Source of the DNA: Fimicolochytrium jonesii | Lineage: Eukaryota | Direction of reading: 5' to 3' | NCBI RefSeq assembly: GCF_025526975.1 | Contig: NW_026515677.1 | Span: 186,001 to 250,000, forward strand | Length of the DNA stretch: 64,000 nucleotides | Shown: positions 1 through 14,065 of the stretch, one piece after another | Layout of the letters: each line of letters opens with the position of its first letter | Numbering within the stretch: the first letter of the stretch is position 1 | Notes under the pieces: model-generated | The model's database searches: none | The model's input: only the letters and a program-made list of their open reading frames with translations | What the model was told of the DNA's origin: nothing | Position numbers and translations under genes: made by a program

Positions 1-392
1 TGTCCCTGCCGTCGTAGTTATCCTTGCGGCCGCGCACAGTCTGTTATTAGTGCGCGAAACAAAGAAACGCCGTTGTAGCCCGCCGCCCCTTATTCCGAAG
101 TGCGCTCAAAGAACAACTCTCGCTGAATACGGCAAACCCTCATTCACGCACTACCGGACACTCCCACCCGCATTTGGCCACCCACTGCGACTCTTACGGA
201 CACTCCCGTCGCCGCCAACGAGCCGTTCTCGTTCTCTCCCGTCGCAGTAGTAGGTGAGTATTTTCGTCAAATCGCGAGTGTTTCTTGAATGAGGGGCAGC
301 GATCCTCAGGACTTGGTCTCGGACAAACAATGCTCAACATATCACCTCCCTTCTTTCCCACCGCTGGAATAGAAGTGTTGCAAACGAGAAAC

Positions 393-2342
393 ATGGCGCT
401 CATCACTGAACTCGGTGTTTCGGACTCGAATCAGCCTGGACCGTCGGTTGGCGGCTCATACCGACCGAGCCTAATGTCGAGCAGCAACGGGACGCTCGCA
501 GAAGGTGGGCCATCTTACCGCTCGAGCCCCATTTCCAGCGGCCAGCCTTACATGGGGGACACGGCATCGTACAGCAGCAAGCCCAGTCCGCTCCCGCTGA
601 CGCCACTGGACATTCAGCACCGTCAGTTTCCGCAATTCCACAGCAACGAGAGCTCGCCGGTGTCCTCACCTCGACTGGGAAAGCAGAATGGGTTTCCTCA
701 CTCTATCACGACAAGTCACACTGAGCACCCGCCTATGAGCCGCCCATACCCTTACCAACCGCAGCACCCCTCGCAATTCAGGTCCGTCTATCAGCCCGCG
801 TCGCCAATGGCGTTGCAACAGCACCACCACCTGTACGACGTCAACAGAAGTCACTCGCCGTCTCCTTCGCCGCTGGTGCAGAGTTTCCCGCGTTTACCTT
901 CATCTCCACGGGCAGGAACCGTTGGTGGGTACTCGCAGCAGCAGCAGCCACAGCAACAGCACAATAGCAGCCCGAATTCAGCCTCGTCTAGCGCGAACGG
1001 GAAGGTGTCGATCAATCAGTTGACGATGATGAATTTGAACGGATATTCAGCCAACAGTCCAGCAACACCGACAGGATCGGTTGGTGATGATCTTGGAAGC
1101 AACGGCATGACGCTCTACTCCCAGCATCAGCCACAGCAGCATCAACATCAGCCGCAGCAGGGCTTGCAGTATGGACATCAGCAGCAACATATGATGGGAT
1201 ATTCGTCGAATGGACCAATGCCATACTCCCCTACACTGCCGGCACCACGATCTGAAGGGATGTTGCCTTTTGGAAACAGGAATCATCCACCACCTGCGAA
1301 CCAAAATGTTGTGCAACTTCCTCCCTTTGCGCACTTTGATGGCGCTTCTTCCCCCTATCCTGGTATGTAGCATTTCTTTTCCTTGTTTGATTTCCGCAAT
1401 TGGCAGCTCACTCACTCCTTGTTCTTCTCCATTCCGATAGCCTCCCCACTCCCTCAAGCGCCTCTATCATCGTCGTCCTCCCATCGCTCTCAAGATCCCC
1501 CTACACCGCAATCACAACACCAGCAGCACTTCCCATACGGTTCGTCTTTGAAGTCTGAGTACATGCCTGGACCTGGAAGTGCCGGCCACCTCCACGAACC
1601 TCTCCCATATGCATCGGATGATTACCCTCATAGCAGCCCATCACTGCACAACGGGCCTCCCTCCGCTCCCTACAAGATGGAACCTCAATCAGGGCACCCC
1701 GAAGGCAACATCGTGTACGACTATCCGGGCCACTACGCCATCGGCGCTCAACCGCAACCCCACTACCGCTTTAGCCCCTACGGCAACCCTTATGACGAAG
1801 GCTCCAGCTACCGCGCCAGCCCCCACAACCCCAACTCCCCCGTCGTCCGTTCCCACCAAGGCCTCCTACAACCCTCCCCACCACCCCGCGACCTCTCCCC
1901 CCTCCCCGACGGCATCCTGCGCTACGAGCCGGCGATCTTCAAACGCGCCATGATTCACCACATGTGGAGCCTGAAGGAGACCGCGATCGAGTTCATCAAA
2001 GAGGAAGCGTTGAAGTACGGGTTCAGCGTGCTGGTGCGCACGAGCAAGCCGGACTATGTGGTTGTGATTTGCAACTGTGGACGGCGGTTGAAGAGGCTTA
2101 AGGGCGAGCGGAAACGCAATCGGAGGTTCAAGACGGCCATGACGGGCTGTGAGTGGCGCGTGGTGCTGTTTAGGAGCCCGAATGGGGAATGGGAGTTTAG
2201 GGCGACGACCAAGATGGATCATAACCACGGGTTGCCAGTCATCGATAGGTGAGCACTCCTACTTCTCGTCTGCTCCTAACTTTGTTGCAAATTGGACTCG
2301 AGAACTGACATTTTCCTCTCTTTCCTCCGCAGCGATGACTAA
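393..2342 (+). CDS. Transcription factor: Q/P/S-rich N-terminus with C-terminal FAR1/AFT-like (WRKY-GCM1 fold) DNA-binding domain
   Basis: ORFs 285..1370 and 1383..2252 join in frame through GT-AG intron 1363-1440. A second intron 2249-2332 gives ...SDD-stop at 2340-2342. The C-terminus (ALKYGFSVLVRTS...VICNCG...TGCEWRVVL...W....MDHNH) has the C..C..HxH FAR1-type pattern. Start is ATG 393 or 330. Confidence 0.8.
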
Positions 2343-2997
2343 GCGATTCCCATAAATTTATTGCGACAAAGAGAAAGGAGAGCCGGTCTCTCCCCACCTC
2401 CCCACCCCTAACACGGCGTTAACAAACATAAACGGCGTTGACATTGTTCCTCAACTTCCCCGGATTTCGGCATACATCCCAAATCCTGCGTATTACATAC
2501 ACGCACAGCATATTAGTCGCATGCAACACATACATACATTGTATCATTTTCATCCCGCAATCGAGTCATGGCCTCAACATCATCCCTCAACAATATAGAC
2601 AGACTTCAAGCGTGTAGCTGCCGGCGTACATACAAGCTACCCACGAACTCCCCCCACATAGACATTTCATAACCTTTTCTTTTCACCCTCTCCTTGTTTT
2701 TGAGTTTTGTACTTTGTGTTTTTGATAAATGGCTGGGATTGATATACTGTTCTTTGATGGGCGTGGGGATCTGGGAAGGGGTTTGGAGCAGACCTAAACT
2801 CAAAGGGCAGGATTTCGACCGCTCGGACGCGTTTCGCCGGAGCCGTCGGAGCCGTCTATTGATGTCCAACTTCGTCTTGACTCCACATCCCGCAGTTGTC
2901 AAGACAAACAGGACCAAAGCATTAGCAGTCACCGTCAGTATCTGCCTAGCTGTCTCAGCACTACGTCGTTGCTCCAGCAGTAACCCCCCACCCCGAC

Positions 2998-4901
2998 ATG
3001 CCCGCTCCAGTCACGGAGTTTCACGCAGGCGAGCGTGCCATGCACTCCCTCCTCCACGTTCCCCGCCAACGCAACCCCACCTCCTCCGGCCTGCCCCCAC
3101 AGTACGCCGCCCGCGCAACCCACTTCCCACTCGTCGCTGTCGGCACCGTCGACGCAGCAGGTCGTCCATGGACAACCCTCTGGGGCGGTGACCGCGGGTG
3201 CACACGACCCATCGCTCGCGGCGTTTTGGCATTTGTCAGCGCTGTCGATGTGGACAATGATCCGGTGGTGGAGGCGCTGTGGGACGGTGCTGAGGTTGTG
3301 GATGGGGAGATCTTGAGGCCTGGGACGTCGGATGCTGGGAGGCTCATGTCGGCGCTTGCTATCGATCTGGAGACGAGGGATCGTGTGAAATTCGCCGGAC
3401 GCATGGTCGCTGGGACGGTGGACTCTCGCGGCACTTGCGGCGCTGGATGGGACGTGCAGCTTGCTATGCAAGTAAGTGAGAGCTTGGGGAACTGTCCAAA
3501 GTATCTGAATTGCAAGGACATCGTTCCCGCAGGCGAGGTGATGAAGCCAGTGCTCGTGTCGGCCGCCCTTCCGCTTCCCAAGGAAGCGATCGGCCTGATC
3601 GCAACAGCAGACATGCTCTTCCTATCGACCACAAGCGGCGAAGCCATGGATACGAACCATCGCGGAGGCAACCCGGGATTTGTAAGGGTTTTGCGCAACA
3701 CTGCAGACGTCGTGCAATTGGTCTACCCGGAATGTGAGTTCGGTTCGGGTGGAGAATCTTCCTGCACTCTCTGACCATGGGTCCACCAGTCTCGGGTAAC
3801 AGACTCTACCAGAGCCTAGGAAATCTCAAACTCAATCCGATGGTCGGCATCGTAATACCGGGCTTTGAATCAGGAGACGTGCTGTATCTCACGGGCGCCG
3901 CGTCCATCCTCGTTGGCCACGAGGCGTCATCTTTGATGCCTAAAACGCAGCTTGCCGTTAAGATCTCGGTGACCGCCGCAAAGTTTATCAAATCCGGTCT
4001 GCCGTTCCGAGGCACCTCTCTCGAACGCTCGCCTTACAACCCACCCATCCGCCACCTCCTCGCCGAGCACGACGCTCATATTGCAAGCTCCGCCGCCGCA
4101 GAACGTGACACAGTTGCAACGCTCGTCCGCCGCGAAACCCTCACCCCTACCATCAACCGCTTCACATTCCACCTGTCCTCGCGCACCGCCGCCGTCGTGC
4201 CAACATGGCATGCAGGGCAGTACGCCACGCTTGATTTCGACGAGCTGCTCAGTGCAGGGTACTCGCACATGCGTGATGAGGACCCGCAGAGCCTGAACGA
4301 CGATCACGTCCGGACGTTCACCGTGTCCAGCCCGCCGGCCTCGACCGAGATGCAAATCACCGTCCGGCTGCATGGGCCGGTGACCCACTTCCTTTGGGCG
4401 CAGCAGCCCGACGGGACTGCCGACGCCGATGCCCAACACGCACCGGTACGTGTCCCCGTTCTCGGCTTTGGCGGCGCCGAATCATATCGCATCCCGACAG
4501 ACCCGTCCACTGCGTCCGCCCCCGTCTTCATCGCGGCAGGCGTCGGCATCACCCCGCTGCTCGCGCAAGCACCCGCCCTGTTAGCCGCCGGACGGCCCCT
4601 GCAGGTGCTGTGGACGCTCCGCGCCGAGGATCTGGCCCTCGCCGTCGATGCGTTTGCGGTTGAGCCGCGCCTTGCTGTCTGCACGACGCTGTTTGTGACG
4701 GGAGGCGCGGATGGAGAGGACATGGGTGCGCTAGCTGGCGGGGCAGCGGTTGTGCGGCCGCGGAGGCTTCAGGCGGAGGATGTGCATGCGTTGAAGGGCA
4801 AGGGGAGCAGGTTTTTTCTGTGCACGGGGCCCGCCCTGCTCGCCGCGCTTGTGGGCTGGCTGCAGGGTGAGCATGTTGTGTGGGAGGATTTTGGGTACTA
4901 A
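2998..4901 (+). CDS. Oxidoreductase: pyridoxamine-phosphate-oxidase-like FMN-binding domains fused to a ferredoxin-reductase-type FAD/NAD(P)-binding domain
   Basis: Motifs FHAGE, GNCPKY, TNHRGGNPGFVRV, RTFTVSS and FIAAGVGITP. Intron 3734-3789 joins the two ORFs to read PEFSGNRLYQSLGNL. Confidence 0.85.
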
Positions 4902-6068
4902 TATGGCCTTTTCGCATTCGGGAACCCCTCCTATCCATCGAGTGGCCCGAGAAAATACGTACTGTACATCACAACATTTGTATTCGCGCATGGGTGATTT
5001 GTAGAGGCATGCTGGCTTGGGTAACAGGTCGGGCATGGCTTCAAGATTTTGGATACATGTATATATTGCCGGATTCATGGCGGATTCGTTTTGCCTCTCA
5101 TTAATTCAGAAAGTCGTGTTTGTTAAACGGGACCCTATTTAAGCTATGAATACCAAAAAGGCAAGCATTTCCTAGTCAAGCTTCACGCCGAGATCCAACT
5201 CGAGCGCTCTAATCAAGTACCACGTAAATTGTGGGCCTGAAATGGGATTGCATCCAAATAGCAGGCTCTGGTCACACGCGCATGTAGTTCGCCTCATCGT
5301 GGTCGTTATCCTCCTCCTCTTCCTGCCGCTCGTCGGGGAACGTCAACGACTGATTCGCTTGAGACGGAGGCCGCACCAACCGGCTTTCGAGCATACCGCT
5401 CATTTGCCCGGTACTTGGCCCAAACATCCGCCAAAGCGCCACGGGGACTTATATCGTTGGAAGCCATAGCAAGCCACCGGATCCACCGGAGAACCTCGGC
5501 CAGCGACTCGTCCGATCCAAAGGCGACGATAAGCGGCAGTCCCGAGGCGTAGACCCAAACCCCCGGCAGCCCGCAGAGCCCGCTTCGGAATGCCTGGACC
5601 AATCGCGTCCGAGTTGCTCCAACAAAGACAGGCTTCCCCCGGGGACTTTGACAGTGAGCGCACCTTTTGCAACCACCATCCAACTTGCCACCTAACCACG
5701 CAGGTCCCCTTTCGCAGCGCAAATTTGAAATCTCATACATAGGAGCCCATCCGACAATGGAATTTCTAGCAATGGATATGGATTTCTAGCAATTGTCTGG
5801 TCCGCAATGGATACACGGGGCCACCTTCGCGATCGATGGAAGCCAGCAGCAGGAGACATGCTGTGGAAACTTCGGTTCCCAACCTGTGCATTCACCTATC
5901 CCCTGCCGCTCTGAGCGACTCTGAGTGAGCGACTCTGGGTGAGAGGGAAGTGGCACGCACTCCGAGTGAGAGAACGCGTCTCACTCCCCCGAAAAAATCG
6001 AGAGAAGGTGGGACTTCTGTTATACAAGACGTGTATAGAGTTTTAGGGCGTGAAGTGTAAGAACCGAT

Positions 6069-6140
6069 GCCTGTATGGCTAAGTGGCAAGGCGTCTGTCT
6101 TGTAAACAGAAGATCCCAGGTTCAATCCCTGGTGCAGGCA
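6069..6140 (+). tRNA. tRNA-Thr (anticodon TGT)
   Basis: 72-nt cloverleaf: acceptor stem GCCTGTA/TGCAGGC, D-arm TGGCTAAGTGG, anticodon arm TCTGT-CTTGTAA-ACAGA (TGT at 6101-6103), T-loop GGTTCAATCC. An oligo-T Pol III terminator follows at about 6152. Confidence 0.95.
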
Positions 6141-6690
6141 CGATATTATCATTTTTGGTTTTCTCAGCTTTTTTGGTCCAAAAAAAAGATGGGCGCGAAC
6201 GATATGGAAAAGATTCCCAAAGACATGGAACCAGCGACAACAGCAAACCGTCATCGTGAGAAAAAACGCAGCAACCCCCAGCCCAGTTTTTACGAACTCA
6301 GCTGCAACATCCCAGAAGCCAACAGCTGCCGCCGACGGTCGACCCACAAGCAGCACACCGACTCTTCGTACAGCGCTCTTCCAGAACGCCATCCCACCTT
6401 GCACTACTCACGCGTTGTGTACAGCATTACCTGTGGTATGTGATTTCCTGGCAGTGTACTTTTATCAGGGGTTGCCAGCCTAGGGCTTCGCGCAGGACCG
6501 GCCGACCCAGGGCGGATACGGCGAGCTGCCATCCTGCGCACAACGCCCAGTCTACTTGCGGCGCTGAGTGGCCACGTATTCATTAGCATTAACTCTTGGG
6601 CTCCCATTCCTAACAGAAGCATCTGATTTCGCTGACGACCTCTATCCCGAGACGTAACCACCTGGAAAGAGATACAGGAGAATCCGAAAG

Positions 6691-8806
6691 ATGTCCGTAA
6701 CAGGGGGAGCAAAGGTGTCTGTAGCGCCGATACCGGGCTTGTATCCGGTCACGGGCAAGCCACGGCAGTTGGGTGCTTTCGAGCACTTTGCAATGTCCGC
6801 TTTGGCCCCTGCTGGTGAGTTTCGGGAGTCTATAGAGGTCATAAGATAGGGAGTGCACTGGGTTGAAAGTCTGAGGGTGTGCGGAGGAAGAGGTCGTTGC
6901 GAAAGTCATGGCATGGGAGCATACCAGAATGTCAGTCTGGGAGGATTGAAAAGCTGGGGCCACGGGCCTCTTGATCTAATTGTATACGATTCGCCGCAGG
7001 TCGCTGCCATTGACCATACCACGTTTATGCTGACAGACCGTTGTTCTTATTCCTTTGCAGGGGCTGTCATCTTCACAAATCCCTTCGACACTGCAAAGTA
7101 AGTCAACGCCATAATATGGGACCCTTCCACCGGACAGCCCTTCTCACCCTCGTTTTCTAACGCACCACAGAGTCCGCCTACAACTACAAGGCGAAAAATT
7201 ACGACAAGCGAAAACCGGCGCAACCGCAGCAGCCAGCGCGCAATCGCAAACGGTGTACAAAAACAGTTTCGACACCATCTATAAAATCTACATAAATGAG
7301 GGCATCAAGGGTCTGCAAAAGGGTCTGACGCCTGCGATCCTGAGGGAAGGGTCGAAGAACTTGTTTCGCATTGTGAGTGTGGTGGTGGAAGAATTCCAGA
7401 CTCAAATAGCGAACGCCTGTGGGAAGGCATTCGAATTCAGTGGCGAGTCTGTCCCAGAGGGGCGCATCACTAACATCTTTGCTTTGCTTCTAGGGCATGT
7501 TCGACCCCATTTTGGCTACCATACACGACAATTCGAAAGGCAAGCCACCAGCCTGGAAGCGGATGGTGGCTGGATCGATGTGCGGTGTCATGGGCGCCAT
7601 CAGCTGCAATCCCTTTGAGCTTGTGAAAACACGGTATGGAATGGAAACACAGCGTTTGAGAAAGACGGAAAGTTAGTAGCGATCACGGCCGTTCTGATCC
7701 CCTCTGGACGATTCGCATCCATCAGATTACAATCCGCGTCGAAAAGCAATATCGCCGTTGGAACGCAACATGGGTAGGCATGACTCCAGTGCTATCATAG
7801 GATCAAAGAGAGCCCATCACTCAAACCTTCAAATCGCAATCACAGCTACACCGGAACATGGAACGCCCTTTCGAGCATCTACAAAGCCGACGGCGTACGC
7901 GGCCTCTACCGCGGCTCCATCCTCAGCATGTTCCGCTCCATCTTTGGCTCCGGGTCGAATCTCGCCGCCTACTCCATAATGAAGGACTACCTGATAACGG
8001 AACGGCAGTGGAACGATAACGCGTGGCTGGATATGGTCTGTGGGCTCGCTTCTGGGATCGTTAGTTGGTATGACGCCCGGGGAGATGCCGGATGTTTGTT
8101 GGTTATTTGGGAAGCATACTGATTTGATACGGTGTGATTGTTAGCATCTGTATGAACCCCATCGACGTGACCCGTACGCGATATTATAACCAGCAATACG
8201 TTGACGGAAAAGGCGTGATGTACTCGAATGGGATCGACGCCATAAGGAAGATCGCCAAGAACGAGGGTCTGACGGCGTTCTATAAAGGGTTGACGACGCA
8301 TTTCTTGAGGATAGGGCCTCACTTTTGCCGTGAGTTATTTACTCTCAACATCACCTTCAGTGGAGGATTGTCCGTCTAACCGAAATGTCTTTTAGTGACA
8401 TTCGTGTTCCTGGGCATACTACGCCGCGGCTGCACGGATTTCTACAGCTACCTCGACATGCGCGACTCGTTCTCGGCCTTCGACAAGGACGGGAACGGCA
8501 TGCTGGACCAGGCTGAGTTGCGCGACGCGTTGCAGAAAGTCGTTATGAGCCGTGGAGAGTTGGGGTACGATGCCATGGTTAGTGCAAAATTCCTACTCTG
8601 GGACTGTCTTTACGCAGTTGTCTCGTAATGAAGATCGTGATGACGCTAATCTCGATTATGACGTTTTTCCGCAGATCACGTCGTATGCAGACCGCATCCT
8701 AGAACAAGCCGACGTGGACCACGACAACATGATCAACCCGAAAGAATATCCCGCGATGGTCAAGGAAGTCACTGCGATCGTCGGCGAGCGGAATCGCAAG
8801 CAATAA
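6691..8806 (+). CDS. Mitochondrial carrier (SLC25, OAC1/SLC25A35-like) with C-terminal EF-hand pair; multi-exon
   Basis: Three spliced carrier signatures (NPFDTAK|VRLQLQGE, NPFELVKTR, NPIDVTRTR) plus QKGLTPAILRE and FYKGLTTHFLRIGPH. EF loops DKDGNGMLDQAE (8482) and DVDHDNMINPKE (8711). Confidence 0.88.
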
Positions 8807-9965
8807 TCCCAGCCCAATAATCCCCCCCACTATTTTATGAGAGACTTCGGATCTTAAACTCTACTCTAAACCCCCCCAACCCGCATTGAATGGACACACT
8901 CGCATACGCATACGTTTAGTGCTCTCTCTCCCCCAGACCCGGAACCTTAAAGGACTTTGTGAAGTTTTCCGGCAATGGATTGGGTTGAGATCACACGAGA
9001 AGGACATACATGATGGTGGATAGCGGTGGATCATGCACCGCTCGTTGTACCGGCCCTTAGTTCCAACTTTTGCTCAGCCGTTTGTTGAGTTGCATGTCAA
9101 GACGCGTCTCCCCCTTCTCCCCCAATTCCGCCTCCAATCCCTCCATTGACGCGTGTCAAGTCGACCCCTTTTCTCACCCTTGGGGCTCCCAAACCGCAGC
9201 GGCACAGTCGGTTCATCCCATAGTAGTTATTGGAGGCATGGCGACATGGGGGAGGGAAGTGAGATCGGTAGGGAGGGGACTGGGGAAGGGATGCGAGGAT
9301 CTTATGTCCGGCTGCGCAGCTCGATCGTTCTAGCTGTGCAGCTCGATCGTACCAGCATTGCCGATGGGGGCAAAAGCTGACGTACGGGAATCTGAAAAGA
9401 TCCCCTGTACCCCCGCAATAACGTCACGGATCCTACTAATGCTGGTCACGAAGGCCTCGCCGACGTCAACCGACCGCACAGCCAAAGGGCCTTTACAGTA
9501 ATTGCTGCGTGAAACTTGGAAACCTTTTTGCCGTCGCTGAGCGTGAGGGCGGTGGCCACCAGGGGTAGATATAGAAGGAGAAGGAGAAAGAAGGCACAGC
9601 CTTTCACACCTCGTTCAAGACCGCTGCTCCTTGCATCCTGCTAGAACTTTAGATCTGCGGTTTTCTTGCCCGCCCTTCAGACACTGCACTGCGCTGGACG
9701 CTACTGCACATACGGACGTCGGATGTCACATTTTCACTTGGTGAAGGACTCACTCAAAGGCACAGCCGTTAGATTTTTCACACCTACCTGCGCAGACGAG
9801 GCTTCTCGTAGCGACGTCTTTGTTTTTTCTCCTGCTTTGGGAAGTGGATCTCGTTCCCGCGCGCGCTAGAGCGCTTTCCATCGCATAGCCCACATTTCCT
9901 CATCTCAAGCTCCTTCGGGCGAAGCAAGCCAGCAACACACATCCATTGTACATACAATCTAAGCC

Positions 9966-11505
9966 ATGGCCCTCCTCCACCCACCCACCCTCCGCGACTC
10001 CCACCACCGCACCACCCTCCTCGACGACACCCACCCACTCCTTTACCACCACCTCCCCGTCACACACTCCAACATCTGGCACGACCCGCACACCCGCTGG
10101 TACGACTCCGACCATGCCGTCGACCCGCGGTGGTCGAGCGATACCGCCCTGCACATCAAGTCGGAGATGATCATGAAAGACCGCACGATCCCGCCGAGGA
10201 GCAAGTCGCTGCCGCTTACGCAGATACTCAATATACCTGCTGACGCGTATGTGCCGATGAAGGGGATCGACCCGGACGCGAGGACGATTGATGATGAGGA
10301 GGGGCGGGGGCGGTATGCTAGCGACAACGACAGCGATGACGATGATGACGAGATCTTCTTACTTGCTGATGAAGGCCCGGTGGCGTGCGTGTCGTCTGTT
10401 GATGGGGAGAGTGGCGGCGCGGAGGTGGATGAAATGGCGGATTTGATGGATTTGTATGGGGGGTTGCATGTGTTTGGGGATACGACTGTCTCCACACCGG
10501 CATTGACATTGAACGACGCGTCAAACATTCGCAAGAGGGATACCGACGCGAACCCGAGCAACGTCGACGCGTGTGAATATGAGGGCCCGCTCTATTTTCG
10601 GACGGATAGTAAGGGAGAGTGGGTGCGGAGGTGGGGCGTGTTGGGTAGCAAGAGTGTGGTCGTATGCGAGTCGCGTGAGGTATGTACTACTTCCCTTTGC
10701 ACCAACAACCTCCCCCACCGTCAGATACCTAACCACCATTATACGTCCTCAATAGAACCGCCAAATACTCGCCCAAGTCCACCTCTCACCCCACCTCGTC
10801 ATCCTCCAAGAACAAAGACCGGGCACCGAGGAGCATCGCCAAACTCAACCCTCAAAAGGATCGAAACCCACCCACATCAAACCCAAAAGCTGCCGCAGCC
10901 TTCCTTCCCCAACAGCCTGGTTCGCTCAACACACCTCCCCACACACATCCTCCTCCTTACCTGCATCCCACACCACATCAACACACCACCCACCAGGAAC
11001 ATTCGCCTTCAAACTCACATCCCCGCCCTCCACCTCACTAGACAGCCAACAACAAAACCCAACCCAACTTCATCTCGCATCCCCAACCCTTCTCGAAATG
11101 CTCCTATGGATGGCACGCATCATCTCCGCGACCGAGCGCGGGGGGGAGAGGAAAGTTGTGAGGACTCTGGTGCCTATTCGGCGGCCTCATCAGAATCATA
11201 CCAGCAACCATAGTACTCATACCAAAGCGTTGCCGCTACTCAAGAGGGGTTTAGAGAAAGGTGCACGCACGGTTGACGTGTTTCCCCTCACCGCCGACTC
11301 GGACGTCGACACGGACACCATAATATCATCCCGAAAATGCACATGGCCCTCCTCCTCCGCCACCAACCTGCTCGGCGGCGCCGACATCCCCACCACTCCT
11401 ACGGGAACAAAAAGGAGAGAGGGCAGACGGTTCACGTTCCCGACGCCGGGACGAGGCTTTGGGAAGCGGTGGATGAGGGTGAGCCAGGGTGGGGTTGTGC
11501 GGTGA
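9966..11505 (+). CDS. PH-domain-containing protein
   Basis: PH-like elements YEGPLYFRTDSKGEWVRRWGVL, then after an intron (about 10680-10755) FAFKL...LHLAS...EMLLWMARI, separated by a low-complexity insert. Confidence 0.65.
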
Positions 11506-12357
11506 TGTACTGGGGTACTGGGTTAGATGGGGTTGGAATGTTGCATTGTTTTCGTTTTTCAACACGTCATTTGTATATCTTTGTTTTTTTTTTAGGCTGC
11601 TGTGAGGGATTTGATTAGCGAGAACATTCGTACATCATGTCGCTGGTGCAGTTCGTGAAATGTGTACAAACAAAGCATTCTAAGATGTCGTCCCGGACTG
11701 GACGTGGGGACGCACAGAATTCTGTTCCGTGGTGACGGGATCCTCCAAACGAAGGAGTCCGCGTAGATTCCGCAGATGTCGAGGATCGCCACCGCGGCCG
11801 TCGCGGGGAATGTGCATGCTCTGTGTTGATGCAGAGAGTCGCGGGAAGGAAAGCATAACAAATGACGTAGAAGTGCCCGTCGTACATCCCCTCATAAGAA
11901 GCCTGACAGGTATTCATTAGCCCTTCATGGGAACCAGTATCAGGTCGAGGTCGCGCACCAGGGTCCACATCATCCAGATAGCGGGAAACGAGGCTCAAGT
12001 CTCATTTGGAGTCGTTAGAATGAAGCCACGGTGGGGCATGGCCGTACGGTATGACTGACGTGATGTTTTGGCGATGAGGAAGGGCTCCTAGTTTGGATCA
12101 AAAGGGTCGCACCATGGTCCGCCTCGGGTTTGAACAGATCGATGGAGAAAAGACGATAGAATCGAGCGAGGCACACCGAGTGTATGTACCACCCTTACAA
12201 GCGATAAATAAGTAAAAGTGAGCATCGACAAGAGCTACCCGCAATGACGGGAGGGTGACAAAAGTTTCTAGCCGCTTCCATTTTGATCCATCGAGCGACG
12301 CATTTAAAACATCCCCACCGCCCAACCTCCTAACCAACCTGTCCCCAATTTTTCACC

Positions 12358-12790
12358 ATGGGTACCCACACCACTGAGGCCCAACGACACGCTGTTCTTG
12401 CCCACCGAAGTGCAGGAATGCCCATACGTGCGATAGCTGAAACTGAAGACATCCCTTTTTCAACTGTCAAGTTGATCCTTGCCCGCTTCCAAAAACCGGC
12501 ACTGTTCAAGACCAACCACGCTCCGGCAGGCCTCAGAAGCTATCGGAAAACGACTCCCGTCATTTGGTCAGGCTCACAACTCGCACAGTCAATAAAAGGC
12601 GCACGTCTTTAGCTGAGATCACCCAAGAGCTCAACGCTGGGCGCACAGATCCTGTATCCAAGCGAACCATACAGCGCCGCCTACATGACCTGGGCCTCCG
12701 ACGGCAACTGGCAGTCAAGAAACCTCGACTACTGCCTCACAAGGCTGCTCGCCGCAAGTTTGCTGCTGCTACTGTACGTAACGACCCAGG
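12358..12790 (+). pseudogene. Tc1/mariner transposase relic (paired HTH region only)
   Basis: HTH GMPIRAIAETEDIPFSTVKLILARF, a frameshift near 12500, then GRPQKLS...RTSLAEITQEL...VSKRTIQRRLHDLGLRRQLAVKKPRL...ARRKFA. No DDE domain or TIRs seen. Confidence 0.8.
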
Positions 12791-14065
12791 CTTTTTGTTC
12801 ACAACACCATACGGGTTTCTAAAAACGGAATTTTCCTTTGACGGTCAACTCAGGCCCCTCGAAACGCCGCGCAACACCTACGCCCGCCGCAGCCACAAGC
12901 AATCGAAGGAGTCGGTGGAAGACATGCCACCGGGCCGGGGCCCACACTAGACATAGAGGGTCCTGGTGGAGAGAAACTTCATGCGACGGCGGGCAATGTG
13001 CCTGGAGGGCGTTAAGCGAGACGAGGCGCTGGAATAATCCTGATCACCGCGCTAGGACTGTATTGTTATTAGGCTTATGTTGATGCATATGCTCGACGCC
13101 CGCTTTGGGGCTTTTTCTTGTGATCTACCGTCTCATTGAAACTGGGTCGGAAAAACGGTACGGGTTCGTGCTACCGGATGCATTGGGGAACACTGCTCGA
13201 ACCTCTCTGCCGCTGTGTTATACATCGAAGTTTGCTGGCCAGGTTCAGAAACTCTTGTGTCATCGCCATAGACGGCTTGATCTGTGACTTTTTTTTTGTA
13301 TGAGGTTTCCAATTAGTAGAGCCTTTGTGTTGGGTTGCGAAAAAGTGTTTCTGTGCGAGACGCATCGTGCTCCCCTGTCCATTCGTAAACCTGTCGAAAT
13401 AAGCACAAATAACATGGAAATATGGTCTTTTGAACCGAAAATCAGTCAGACGCCATCTAGATCCAGGTTGGGCGAGGAAGAGATTTTAGCGAGGGCCATA
13501 ATCTCTCGTCGGATCGCTTGAACTGGATGGCCTCGATCTACTGATTCTTTGGCGTGATCCGTTTCAAGCTACTTGAGAAACCATAGGCTTCAAAAAGCGG
13601 TATTGGCAATGCAAGAACACACATTGGGTATCATGTTGCTAAAGCAAGCACGTCGGCTAACTAAAGGGACAGACGTGTTTGTGTATAAAGACGGAGCGTT
13701 GTCTCTTCCCACCGACATAACATCATCCACCTTTCAATTAGCTGGTTGGCTTCAAGCATTCGATGCCACTGTCAACTGCTGTCAATAACCTGTCAACTTC
13801 GGACTGTTTGGTGACCTCTCGTGTGGAGACGGTTTCAGATGTTTGGAGGAGAGAAAAAGACGGGTCGTACTATTCCCCAAGAACAGAACAACGCAGGATC
13901 AAAATATAGTCAAGATTGATACACATCAGACAAAAAGAAAGGTCTCCTCTGCGCCTCCACTTACGCTTCGCCCCAATCCCCTCCCGGACGCCACCCGACA
14001 TGCCCATTCTTCCCCTCCTGCTCACATCAACCCTGCTCACTCTGCTTACCTAAGACCCGCTCTCC

